The position numbers and the translations under genes were made by a program. The notes under the pieces were generated by a model. The model made no database searches. It was not told the origin of the DNA and saw only the letters and a program-made list of their open reading frames with translations. A DNA stretch of 64,000 nt from Verrucomicrobiales bacterium. Its GTDB lineage: Bacteria > Verrucomicrobiota > Verrucomicrobiia > Verrucomicrobiales > V1-33. This document shows positions 36,631-45,615 of this stretch, in pieces (the stretch's first letter is position 1; every line of letters begins with the position of its first letter). The stretch covers positions 3,607-67,606 of the forward strand of contig JBBQWG010000007.1 of assembly GCA_038210825.1 (NCBI GenBank), written 5' to 3'.

Positions 36631-36945
36631 ATGGAAACCTCCTACGACTCACTCCAGTTTTACGTGAAGGCCCTGACGGGGCTTCTTCTCCTCCTGAATT
36701 TTGCGCTTTTGGTATCGATTCGTTATGGATTGAGTTGGGCCAAGCAATTGACGGGACACCTTCCTGAGTCCGAGCGGGCTCCCTCATGGCAAAAAACCAG
36801 CAGAGTGCTTGGCATCCTGATCATCTTGGTCATCGGGATGAATGGGGCGGCCATTTATGTCAATGCCCAGCTCCGTCACTCGGCCACGGCATTGGCTGGC
36901 GAATCGGCCAACTCCAGCGTTATCGTGAGTCAAATTGCGGATTGA
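36631..36945 (+). CDS. small two-TM membrane protein, hypothetical
   Basis: ATG start, helices LTGLLLLLNFALLVSI and VLGILIILVIGMNGAAIYV. Followed by a clean terminator. Confidence 0.5.
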   Translation: METSYDSLQFYVKALTGLLLLLNFALLVSIRYGLSWAKQLTGHLPESERAPSWQKTSRVLGILIILVIGMNGAAIYVNAQLRHSATALAGESANSSVIVSQIAD

Positions 36946-36987
36946 TCTTCAGGAGTTGGACCGGCCAGCACAGACATTTAAACCCCC

Positions 36988-37021
36988 GGGGCACTCCTTA
37001 ACCGGAGTGCCCTGTTGTTTT
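36988..37021 (+). terminator. rho-independent terminator
   Basis: GGGGCACTCC / GGAGTGCCC stem, 6-nt loop, then TGTTGTTTT. Confidence 0.6.
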
Positions 37022-37148
37022 CCGTCCACGATGCGGCAGCCATGCCGGAAATGGGAAATCGTGTAACCGCCGGGGGCAATGGGCCGTCCATGATCCGGGA
37101 ACCCTGGGGCCAGCCTGGGGTGGTTCCCGATTCAACCGCCCTCCCCTC

Positions 37149-37808
37149 ATGACCGCGCTTGAAATTCCTGCTTTTCTGAGCACCCCAGTTTATGGAGAAA
37201 GTGCCGACCCCACCACCCGGACGATGCCAATCCCCTGCCCTGATCATCTGTTGGTGATGGCGGCACGTGAAGGGGATCCCGGGGCATTTGGCGGCATTGT
37301 GGCGCGATACAAATCCCGGGTATTTGCCACCGCCGCCAAGTATGCGCGGAATCATCACGAGTTGGAAGATCTTGCCCAGGACATCTTTATCAAGGCGTGG
37401 AAAGGCCTATCCAGCTTCCGGGGGGATGCCCCTTTCGAACACTGGTTGATGCGTCTGGCCGTCCGGGCCTGCTACGATTTTTTGCGGCGGAACCGGAACC
37501 GCCGGGAAAAGGAAGTTTCGCGGGATGCCTTGCTCGAAAATGGTTATCCCGAACTGGAAACGCTCAATGCGCCGGAGGAAGCTGCGGAAACCCAGGCCTT
37601 GGGGGAATTGCGCCGGGCCATGACCCTTCTCAACCCCAAGGAACGTCTGGTGCTGACCTTGCTGGAATTGGAGGAGCGCCCCGTCCGGGAAGTGGCTCAT
37701 TTAACCGGCTGGTCCGAGTCCAACGTCAAAGTCCGCGCCTTCCGGGCCCGCCAGTCGCTTAAAAAATTCATTGGCCGGCTGCGCCAATCGGCCGCCCCGG
37801 TCGATTGA
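37149..37808 (+). CDS. ECF-type RNA polymerase sigma-70 factor
   Basis: Region 2 (YKSRVFATAAKYARNHHELEDLAQDIFIKAW, FEHWLMRLAVRACYDFLRR) and region 4 (LNPKERLVLTLLELEERPVREVAHLTGWSESNVKVRAFRARQSL). Alternative ATG at 37224. Confidence 0.88.
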   Translation: MTALEIPAFLSTPVYGESADPTTRTMPIPCPDHLLVMAAREGDPGAFGGIVARYKSRVFATAAKYARNHHELEDLAQDIFIKAWKGLSSFRGDAPFEHWLMRLAVRACYDFLRRNRNRREKEVSRDALLENGYPELETLNAPEEAAETQALGELRRAMTLLNPKERLVLTLLELEERPVREVAHLTGWSESNVKVRAFRARQSLKKFIGRLRQSAAPVD

Positions 37809-37845
37809 CCCGGCCTGCCGGCACCGCTATCCCATTCTTTTCCCC

Positions 37846-38145
37846 ATGGACGACCCCGCACTTCATTGCCTTTTTCAGCAGGCACGCCGGGCCCAGCAGC
37901 GGCTGGACCTGTCGGCGCGGGAGTATGGCTTTGAGACCCGGCTGATGCCGCAACTGGCTGAGCTGGCCGCCCGCGGCCCCGGCACCCTGTATTTGTTATG
38001 GCGTTCGGTGGCCGGCTGTGCCGCGATGGTTGGCATCCTTGCGGTCTGGTTCATTCTGGCCCAAACCCCCCAAGCCACCGAAGATGATCTCAGCGCGTTC
38101 TGGGACAGTGGCCAGGCTTCCCATGACGGGGAGTTTCTCAATTGA
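37846..38145 (+). CDS. putative single-pass anti-sigma factor
   Basis: ATG at 37846. Position directly after the ECF sigma gene. One TM (VAGCAAMVGILAVWFIL). Confidence 0.5.
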   Translation: MDDPALHCLFQQARRAQQRLDLSAREYGFETRLMPQLAELAARGPGTLYLLWRSVAGCAAMVGILAVWFILAQTPQATEDDLSAFWDSGQASHDGEFLN

Positions 38146-38173
38146 TCCCACCTTTTTCCCTGCCCCTGTTTCC

Positions 38174-38608
38174 ATGCGCTGGCGCCTCTATTCCGGAATC
38201 GCGGCTGTTTTCACCCTTGGCGGTGTGGCAGGCGGCCTCCTGGGCGTGACCGCCGAGCGCGACCGGATGCGACGGATGGAAAAGGAAGGACCGGCCCTGG
38301 TTCTGGATTCTCTCGTCAAAAAACTGGAGGATGAACTCAAACTCAATCCCGCCCAGGCACGCCGCGTAAGGGAAGTCTACGCCAGCACCCGCCCCCAGCT
38401 CCAGCAAATGGAACGGGAACGCCGGCGGCGGCTTCGCCAGCTGATGGAAAACACCCATCCACCGATCATGGAGGTCCTTGGTCCGGCCCAGCGCGAGCGC
38501 TATCAACAATTGCAGCAAAAACTCCAGCTTCGCCTCCGCTTGCGCGAACCGGCCAAAACCGGAGAAGGCAGCACCGCCCCCGCCCTGCCGGCCGCTCCAC
38601 CCACCTGA
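38174..38608 (+). CDS. Spy/CpxP-like (LTxxQ-type) periplasmic protein
   Basis: ATG at 38174, N-terminal anchor. Two LxxxQ helices (LKLNPAQARRVREVY, LGPAQRERYQQLQ). Arg/Gln-rich helical protein, third gene of the ECF operon. Confidence 0.55.
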   Translation: MRWRLYSGIAAVFTLGGVAGGLLGVTAERDRMRRMEKEGPALVLDSLVKKLEDELKLNPAQARRVREVYASTRPQLQQMERERRRRLRQLMENTHPPIMEVLGPAQRERYQQLQQKLQLRLRLREPAKTGEGSTAPALPAAPPT

Positions 38609-38663
38609 CAAGATCCGGTGCCCCGGGCCTTTGGCCTCCCCGCTTGCCAGGGGGTGCAGCCCC

Positions 38664-40901
38664 ATGGGACCATGGAAAAGCTCCATGACTCCCGCCACTC
38701 CGCTGGAAACCCTGACTTTTCTCGAACCAAGGCTCCGCAAGAGCCTTGCGGCAGGAGGTTTCACCACCGTGGCCGACTTGTTGACCCACTATCCCGCCCG
38801 CTACGAAGACCGCACCGCTTTTGATGGTTGGCCGGACGGGTCGGCAGCAGTTCCGGCCGCCGTGTGCCTGCAGGGCATCGTTACCGACGTGCAAGTGAAA
38901 CGCCACGGCCGGGGCCGGGCCGTGGTGGTCGTCACGGTTGGTCCCCCGGTCCCGGAAGACACCGCCGGCCTCGAAGCCATGCAGCACTTCGGCGCTCCCC
39001 TCACCTTGCGATGGTTCAACATGCCCTTCATCGCCAAGTCGTTTGCCGCAGACCAGGATATCATTTTTTACGGCAAACCAAAACCGGCCAAACACGGCTC
39101 CCTGGTCATGGACCACCCCGAGTTTGAAATCCTCAATGACACCCCGGCGGAAGAAGCGGGCATCCACCTGCAACGGATTGCTCCGGTTTATGGAGCCCGG
39201 GAAGGCATCGCGCAAAAAACCTTCCGGCGCGCCGTCTGGCTTTTGCTGGAACACCTCCAGGACGACTCCCTTCCCGATCTGCTGCCCCCGCCCTCCAGCA
39301 CCGGGGAATTCGCCGGATTGAACCGCGCCCTTGCCCTGCGGACCATTCACTTCCCCCCCTCCCACACCGTCAAGGACCGCGCCCGGCGTTATCTTGCCCT
39401 TGAGGAGTTTTTCCTGCTCCAACTCCAAGTGCTCCGGCGCCGGCAGGAATGGGACACCCTCGCGGGGGCCAGTCATTGCGGTCCAGGTCAGCTCCTCCAG
39501 CACTGGCTCGCGGCCCTGCCCTTTTCCCTCACCGGAGCCCAACTCCGCACCATCTCGGAAATCCGCGATGACCTCGCCAAATCCCGGCCCATGCACCGGC
39601 TGCTCCAAGGCGATGTCGGCAGCGGCAAGACCTTTGTAGCCATGGCCGCCATCCTCCTTGCCGTGGAAAGCGGCTGCCAGGCCGCCCTGATGGCCCCTAC
39701 CCAAATCCTCGCCGAACAACATTACCTCAATTTCCGCCGCTGGCTTGATCCCTTGGGTTTGCGCATTGGCCTGCGCACCGCCTCCCGGCGCGAAAACAGC
39801 TTCGACGCGGCAGCCCCTGCGGAAGACCAAACTCCTCCTGGGATCCCGGAGCCCCAGGCTCAGTTCCTCTCCCCTGAATGCCAAAAAAATCCGGCCGAAC
39901 CTTCCCCCATTCCGGCTAACGAACTTTTTCCCCTCGTCCGGCCCCAAATCCTGATCGGCACCCATGCCCTGCTCCATGGTGACTCCGAGTTACCGGACCT
40001 CGGGCTGGCGGTCATTGATGAACAGCACAAGTTCGGCGTCGAACAACGCGCCCGCCTCATCCGCCAGGGCATGGCACCCCATGTGCTGGTCATGACCGCC
40101 ACGCCGATTCCCCGCACCCTGACCATGACGGTCTACGGGGATCTGGATGTGTCCGTGATCGACGAACTCCCGGCCGGACGCCGCCCGGTCGTCACCGCCG
40201 TGCGGGAGCAGCCGGATCTCCCCCAAGTCGCGGCTTTCCTGAAACTTCAATTTGAAGCCGGCCGCCAAGCCTACCTCGTTTACCCGCTCATCGACGAAAG
40301 CGACAGCCTTGACCTCAAAGCCGCCACCAAGGAACACCTTGCCTGGGAAAAAAAGCTCGCCCCATGGACCGTGGGTTTGCTCCACGGCCGGATGAAACCG
40401 GACGAAAAAGAGGCGGTGATGCAGCGCTTCCGCGCCAACGAATGCCATGCCCTCGTCGCCACCAGCGTGATCGAAGTGGGCGTGGACGTTCCCAACGCTA
40501 CCGTCATGATCATTTTTGATGCGGAACGGTTTGGCCTTGCCCAGTTGCACCAACTCCGGGGCCGCATCGGCCGGGGAGGCCATAAAAGCTTCTGCATCCT
40601 CGCCACCAGTGGCCAAAATCCCGAAGGCCTGAAGCGGCTCGAAACCCTCGCCCGCACCCAGGACGGGTTCGCGGTGGCGGAAGCGGACCTCCTCCTGCGC
40701 GGACCCGGTGACCTCCTCGGGGCCGCTCAAAGCGGCGTGGGCAACCTTGTCCTGGGAGACTTGGTGCGCGATACCGCCTTGGTGCGTCTGGCCCGTCGCC
40801 TCGCTTCCCAAATCATGGCGTCAGACCCGGGATGGGATCGGCCCAAGCATCAAGAACTCCGAAGTATCCTCGCTGCCGGTCCTGTGCCGTCACCCAGCTG
40901 A
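38664..40901 (+). CDS. recG: ATP-dependent DNA helicase RecG
   Basis: LLQGDVGSGKT, VIDEQHKFGV, MTATPIPRTL, TSVIEVGVDVPNATVMII, QLHQLRGRIGRG. Start at 38664 or 38685. Confidence 0.9.
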   Translation: MGPWKSSMTPATPLETLTFLEPRLRKSLAAGGFTTVADLLTHYPARYEDRTAFDGWPDGSAAVPAAVCLQGIVTDVQVKRHGRGRAVVVVTVGPPVPEDTAGLEAMQHFGAPLTLRWFNMPFIAKSFAADQDIIFYGKPKPAKHGSLVMDHPEFEILNDTPAEEAGIHLQRIAPVYGAREGIAQKTFRRAVWLLLEHLQDDSLPDLLPPPSSTGEFAGLNRALALRTIHFPPSHTVKDRARRYLALEEFFLLQLQVLRRRQEWDTLAGASHCGPGQLLQHWLAALPFSLTGAQLRTISEIRDDLAKSRPMHRLLQGDVGSGKTFVAMAAILLAVESGCQAALMAPTQILAEQHYLNFRRWLDPLGLRIGLRTASRRENSFDAAAPAEDQTPPGIPEPQAQFLSPECQKNPAEPSPIPANELFPLVRPQILIGTHALLHGDSELPDLGLAVIDEQHKFGVEQRARLIRQGMAPHVLVMTATPIPRTLTMTVYGDLDVSVIDELPAGRRPVVTAVREQPDLPQVAAFLKLQFEAGRQAYLVYPLIDESDSLDLKAATKEHLAWEKKLAPWTVGLLHGRMKPDEKEAVMQRFRANECHALVATSVIEVGVDVPNATVMIIFDAERFGLAQLHQLRGRIGRGGHKSFCILATSGQNPEGLKRLETLARTQDGFAVAEADLLLRGPGDLLGAAQSGVGNLVLGDLVRDTALVRLARRLASQIMASDPGWDRPKHQELRSILAAGPVPSPS

Positions 40902-41172
40902 ATTCACCTGCCCCATTGGCTCCTGAGAGTCCCTTATTAAAACGGCTGACATCGATTGTAAAATAGTCCGGATTGCCGAATGTCCTTGTTCACTTGAACA
41001 TCGCTCCTGCGAAGGATTAAAACTTGAACCCAGCTCCATTGCGGCAATTCGGACGATTCAGCAAGATTTTACAATTTTCAAGATTCAGCCTTGATATTAT
41101 TCCAAAATTGACGATAAATCCTTTCATGCGGCGTCCCCTCAGAAGAAAATTACAAGATTTTACTGAAAGTCC

Positions 41173-41202
41173 TTGATTTGCAGGTCTCTGATAGACTATA
41201 GT
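41173..41202 (+). promoter_or_regulatory. sigma70-like promoter candidate for marR-family gene (TTGATT - 18 nt - TATAGT)
   Basis: Hexamers in the AT-rich region, 60 nt upstream of the ATG at 41263. Confidence 0.3.
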
Positions 41203-41262
41203 AGTTATAATCAGTTTAATTTCCATACTCGCCAGAGTTTAGTCCCAACCGCCACCCCACCT

Positions 41263-41721
41263 ATGCAAACCGTTAAAGACGACGATCAACTCATCCGCAA
41301 GGATGCAGGCCGCCTGGCGGATTTTATCATGTTCACGCAGCGTTCTTTCCTGCTGAACCTTTCCAAGGAACTGAACAAAGGAAACGTTTCCTTCGCCCAG
41401 TTTTTCCTGCTGGGTTATCTGGCGAATGAAAATTATCTGACGATGACCGACATTTCCAAAAAAATGGGGCACAGCACGGCCGCCGCCACTGGATTGGTGG
41501 ACCGCCTTGAGAAACTCGGTTACGTCCAGCGCCTCCACGCCAGCGAAGACCGCCGCAAAGTCATGGTCCAGATCACCCGCAAAGGCATCGATCTCGTTGA
41601 CCGCATGCGCGAAGACATTACCGGCAGCCTTGTGGATCTCATGAGCGAACTCGACAAGGACGAGCAGGAAGCCCTGCTCAACAGCTACGGCAAGCTCTCG
41701 ACCTTCGTGCGTTCCAACTAA
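41263..41721 (+). CDS. MarR-family transcriptional regulator
   Basis: ATG at 41263. Winged-helix core FAQFFLLGYLANENYLTMTDISKKMGHSTAAATGLVDRLEKLGYVQRLHASEDRRKVMVQITRKG. Confidence 0.85.
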   Translation: MQTVKDDDQLIRKDAGRLADFIMFTQRSFLLNLSKELNKGNVSFAQFFLLGYLANENYLTMTDISKKMGHSTAAATGLVDRLEKLGYVQRLHASEDRRKVMVQITRKGIDLVDRMREDITGSLVDLMSELDKDEQEALLNSYGKLSTFVRSN

Positions 41722-41754
41722 ATTTCTTCCTCCCGGAACCCGCTCCCTTCCAAA

Positions 41755-41787
41755 CCGGACCCTGCCCCGCGCAGGGTCCGGTTTTTT
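41755..41787 (+). terminator. rho-independent terminator after marR-family gene
   Basis: AACCGGACCCTG / CAGGGTCCGGTT perfect 12-bp stem followed by TTTT. Confidence 0.65.
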
Positions 41788-41950
41788 CATGGATGACAGC
41801 CGCCCAAAATCACGCAGGGTAGACCCGTTCTCCTGTGCCACCTCCCTCCGCGCTGACCGGCCCCCCGCTCCGTGGCGCAGGCTTCCAGCCTGCATGGCCA
41901 GCGGGCTTCCCGCCCGCTGACCTCCCGGCCGAACCCCATTGATTCCGGAA

Positions 41951-42265
41951 ATGCCCCTTCCCGTTCCCCCGAAAACCAAGCGTCGCGTTGCGATCATCAA
42001 GGCCCTCGCGCACCCCTCCCGGCTCCTCGTTGCCGAGGCCCTGCAGCAGGGAGAACAATGCGTTTGTGATTTGCGCGATCTGATCGGCTCCGATCTCTCA
42101 ACCGTTTCCAAACACCTCACCATTCTGCGCCAGGCCGGCATCGTAGATATGGAAAAGCGCGGCTTGAACGTGTTCTACCGGCTGCGCTGCCCCTGCCTGA
42201 TCGGATTTCTCGAATGCGTGGATACCCTTGCCCCGCCCGCTCCCAAAGGCGCCAGGGCCAAATGA
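41951..42265 (+). CDS. arsR: ArsR/SmtB-family metalloregulator
   Basis: ATG at 41951. ALAHPSRLLVAEAL, the CVCDL metal site, and LSTVSKHLTILRQAGIV. Confidence 0.85.
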   Translation: MPLPVPPKTKRRVAIIKALAHPSRLLVAEALQQGEQCVCDLRDLIGSDLSTVSKHLTILRQAGIVDMEKRGLNVFYRLRCPCLIGFLECVDTLAPPAPKGARAK

Positions 42266-42398
42266 CGGAAACTTGGCGATTTTACCCAATAAGGCTTTAC
42301 TTGGCCATTCCGCCAAGTATCGTATCGGTGTCGGCACGGTCGGGATAGACCCTATGGCCGACGGCTTTCAACGCCTGTATTTTGACCGGTTCCCCGTT

Positions 42399-42728
42399 AT
42401 GAAACAAATCCAAGTCTATGACCCGCCCATGTGCTGTTCCACCGGCATCTGCGGCACGGCTATCGATCCGGATCTGGTAAACTTCGCGGCCATGCTCTCG
42501 CAGCTCGGAGCCCACGAGATCAAAATCGAACGCTACAATCTCGGCCAGCAACCCATGGCGTTTGCGCAGAATCCGGTCGTGAAGGAGCTGCTCCAGCAGG
42601 AAGGGACCAAGGCGCTGCCTCTCATTTTTTGGGATGGCGAAGTCCACCTCAAAGGCCGCTACCCTACCAAAGAGGAACGACCCCTTTGGTTCCGGGCAGG
42701 CTTGGAAAAACCGGAGGTCCATTCGTGA
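42399..42728 (+). CDS. arsD: arsenical metallochaperone/repressor ArsD
   Basis: MKQIQVYDPPMCCSTGICG (Cys12/13/18 triad) and the thioredoxin-like remainder. Confidence 0.88.
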   Translation: MKQIQVYDPPMCCSTGICGTAIDPDLVNFAAMLSQLGAHEIKIERYNLGQQPMAFAQNPVVKELLQQEGTKALPLIFWDGEVHLKGRYPTKEERPLWFRAGLEKPEVHS

Positions 42729-44524
42729 AACTGCCGCTCTATCAACCGGACGCCGCCGGCTCGACCCGCTTTTTGTTTTTCACCGGAAAGGGCGGCGTGG
42801 GCAAGACCTCGCTCTCCTGCGCCACCGCCTTGAAGCTGGCCTCCGCGGGCAAACGGGTGCTTCTGGTGAGCACTGATCCCGCCTCCAATCTCGATGAAGT
42901 GCTGGAAGTGACTCTATCGAATCACCCCACGCCTGTGCCCGGCGCTCCGGGCCTTGATGCACTGAACATCAATCCCGTGGAAGCTGCCGCCGCCTACCGC
43001 GAACGCCTCATCGGCCCGATGCGGGGCATCCTGCCCGAGGCCGCGCTGCGCAGCATGGAGGAACAACTCTCCGGATCATGCACGGTGGAAATCGCCGCCT
43101 TTGACGAGTTTTCCGGCCTGATCGGCGATCCCACCGCCGCGGCCGCCTATGACCATGTCATCTTCGACACCGCCCCGACCGGCCATACCCTGCGGCTGAT
43201 GAGTCTGGCCAAAGCGTGGGACCAATTCCTCGATAACAGCACCAGCGGCACTTCCTGTCTGGGACCTTTGGCCGGTCTGGACAAACAGCGCGCCATTTAC
43301 GAAAACACCGTCAACGTGCTGGCCGATGCTGCGGCCACGACCCTCGTGCTCGTCAGCCGGCCGCAGACTTCGGCCCTGCGCGAAGCCGAACGCACCTCCG
43401 GCGAACTCCGCGCCCTCGGCGTGGGCAACCAATCGCTCGTCATCAACGGAACCTTCGAAACCTCCTGCCCTGACGACCTCACCGCGCAGGCCATGCAGCA
43501 ACGCGGGGCCAACGCCATGGACCGCGCTTCCCGCTTCATCGGCAGCCTGCCCTCGTTCGTGGTTCCGCTGCGTTCTAGCAATATCATCGGGATCAGTGGC
43601 CTCCGCCTGCTCCTTGAAGGCGAAGGCAACGCCCCGGCAGCCCGCAGCTGGGCGGAGGCATGGACCCCACCCCCCATGGAAAGCCTCGCGGCATTGGTCG
43701 CGGAAATCGAAAAGCAGGGCCACGGGGTTATTATGACCATGGGCAAAGGAGGCGTGGGCAAGACCACCGTCGCGGCCGCCATCGCGGTGTTGCTGGCCAG
43801 TCACGGCCACAAGGTCCACCTGAGCACCACCGATCCCGCCGCCCATGTGGCGCAGACCCTGGACGGACAGGTGGAAGGCCTGACCCTGAGCCGCATCGAC
43901 CCTGCCGCAGAGACTGCCGCCTACACCGCTGAGGTTTTGGCCAACCAAGGCACCCAGATGGACGAAGCCGGCCGCTCCCTGCTGGAGGAGGATCTGCGTT
44001 CGCCCTGCACCGAGGAAATTGCGGTCTTCCGCGCCTTTGCCCGCGAGGTGGGAGTAGGCACGGGACGGTTCGTGGTGCTCGACACCGCCCCCACCGGCCA
44101 CACCCTGCTGCTCCTTGATGCCAGCGAGGCCTATCAACGCGAACTAGAACGTCAGGCCCGCACCACCCAGCCTGAGGAAGTGCTCAAGCTGCTCGAACGC
44201 CTCCGCGATCCTGCCTTCACCCGCATTTTGCTGGTCACCCTGCCCGAAGCCACGCCGGTGCATGAAGCCGCCGCCCTGCAGGAAGACCTGCGCCGCGCCC
44301 GCATCGAACCCTTCGCATGGGTCGTCAATCAAAGCCTGCTCCACAGCGGCTCCTGCGACCCCCTGCTGCAACGCCGCGAACACTCCGAACACCGCTACCT
44401 TACTGAAGTCTCCGGGACCCTGGCCTCCCGCACCGCCTGGCTCCCCTGGCAGGCGGAGGAGCCGACCGGTCCCAAAGCCCTGGCCCAACTGGCATCATCG
44501 ACCGCCCACCCTCTTACCGTATGA
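42725..44524 (+). CDS. arsA: arsenite-stimulated ATPase ArsA (two homologous halves)
   Basis: The GTG at 42725 overlaps the arsD stop (GTGA). GKGGVGKTS twice and DTAPTGHTL twice. Cys in SGSCTVEIAAFDEF and SPCTEEIAVFRAF. Confidence 0.92.
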   Translation: MKLPLYQPDAAGSTRFLFFTGKGGVGKTSLSCATALKLASAGKRVLLVSTDPASNLDEVLEVTLSNHPTPVPGAPGLDALNINPVEAAAAYRERLIGPMRGILPEAALRSMEEQLSGSCTVEIAAFDEFSGLIGDPTAAAAYDHVIFDTAPTGHTLRLMSLAKAWDQFLDNSTSGTSCLGPLAGLDKQRAIYENTVNVLADAAATTLVLVSRPQTSALREAERTSGELRALGVGNQSLVINGTFETSCPDDLTAQAMQQRGANAMDRASRFIGSLPSFVVPLRSSNIIGISGLRLLLEGEGNAPAARSWAEAWTPPPMESLAALVAEIEKQGHGVIMTMGKGGVGKTTVAAAIAVLLASHGHKVHLSTTDPAAHVAQTLDGQVEGLTLSRIDPAAETAAYTAEVLANQGTQMDEAGRSLLEEDLRSPCTEEIAVFRAFAREVGVGTGRFVVLDTAPTGHTLLLLDASEAYQRELERQARTTQPEEVLKLLERLRDPAFTRILLVTLPEATPVHEAAALQEDLRRARIEPFAWVVNQSLLHSGSCDPLLQRREHSEHRYLTEVSGTLASRTAWLPWQAEEPTGPKALAQLASSTAHPLTV

Positions 44525-44711
44525 AACGAATCGAAATCCCCGGGCCCAACCGCGGCAGGTGCCGCGCCATGGAGGAATCCGGGATACCCATCCCCGCCTG
44601 ACATGAATCTCATTTTGCTACAGTGAGGAAAAAGGCTGTGGCCCAAAATCAAAAGCACGATTGAGGTGCCGGGCACCCGCAGCAAACCGGCGATGCATCC
44701 ACTCTTCAACC

Positions 44712-45200
44712 ATGAACGCCACCGCCTACCTCACTGCCGACGACCGCGGCCTCCTGACGCTCTGCCCGCACTGCCACCTAACGAACCGCATTCCCTTCGC
44801 GCGGCTGCACGGGAACGGACACTGTGGAACCTGCAAGACCGCGCTCCCGCGTCCCTCGCTGCCGGTGGACATTGACTCGGCCACTAGCTTCACCGCGCTC
44901 ATCCGCGCGGCTTCGCTTCCCGTGCTCGTGGACTTCTGGGCCCCGTGGTGCGGCCCATGCCAGGTGGTCGCACCGGAGGTGGCGAAGCTGGCCACACTTG
45001 CCGCCGGTGAGTTGGTCGTTGTCAAAGTAAACACCGAATCCCAGCCGGACCTTGCCGGCAGCATGGGCATCCGTTCGATTCCGACGTTCGTCGTCTTCAA
45101 CGCCGGACGGGAGGTAAAACGCACCTCCGGCGCCATGTCCGCGGCCCAACTGCGCGCCTTCGCCCTGCGCGAGGCGGGTCAACCGGGGGACAACCGATGA
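44712..45200 (+). CDS. trxC: thioredoxin 2-type (TrxC) with N-terminal zinc-finger
   Basis: CPHC...CGTC zinc finger followed by VDFWAPWCGPCQ and IRSIPTFVVF. Confidence 0.88.
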   Translation: MNATAYLTADDRGLLTLCPHCHLTNRIPFARLHGNGHCGTCKTALPRPSLPVDIDSATSFTALIRAASLPVLVDFWAPWCGPCQVVAPEVAKLATLAAGELVVVKVNTESQPDLAGSMGIRSIPTFVVFNAGREVKRTSGAMSAAQLRAFALREAGQPGDNR

Positions 45201-45463
45201 ACCGCGTGCTATGGGGCGTCCTCATCGGGGTCGCGGCCGGATCTGCGCCCGGCTATTTCGGCCAATGCTCCTCCGGCACCTGCCCGCTCACTTCAACATG
45301 GTGGCGCGGTGCCATCTACGGATATCAGGACGGCGGCAGGACCCTGATCGGCATGTTGCGCCCCACGGTGGTCCTCGCCCCGCTTTCCACGTCCGGGGAC
45401 CTGAAGACCGTCGCCGCACAGGTGGAAAAAAACACCATCGCCATCATCGAGGCAGCCAGGTGA
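45197..45463 (+). CDS. small Cys-containing membrane protein (DUF6132-like N-terminus), hypothetical
   Basis: ATGA overlap with the trxC stop. MNRVLWGVLIGVAAGSAPGYFGQCSSGTCPLT. Confidence 0.5.
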   Translation: MNRVLWGVLIGVAAGSAPGYFGQCSSGTCPLTSTWWRGAIYGYQDGGRTLIGMLRPTVVLAPLSTSGDLKTVAAQVEKNTIAIIEAAR

Positions 45464-45479
45464 TGCCCCGGACACCATC

Positions 45480-45602
45480 ATGAATGCCGGCACCCACCTC
45501 ACTGCCCACGAGCGCAGGATCCTGATCCCCTGTCCGCCATCCACCGCACGGAAAAAATGTCCTCCGCACGGCTGCACCGGCAAGGGCACTGTGGAACCCT
45601 AA
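45480..45602 (+). pseudogene. degenerate duplicated fragment of the trxC 5' end
   Basis: Aligns by eye with 44712 onward (ATGAAYGCC..CACCTCACTGCC..ACGA.CGC...TCCTGA; GC.CGGCTGCAC.GG.A.GG.CACTGTGGAACC). Both CxxC pairs are lost by substitution or frameshift. Confidence 0.55.
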
Positions 45603-45615
45603 CACGCGCACTGTC

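Noticed and set aside
38466-39977. 503-aa minus-strand ORF
   Set aside because: It is antisense to recG and the Spy-like gene. It has no recognisable motifs and a shadow-ORF composition.
43076-44137. 353-aa minus-strand ORF
   Set aside because: It is antisense to arsA, whose duplicated Walker A and DTAP motifs are unambiguous.
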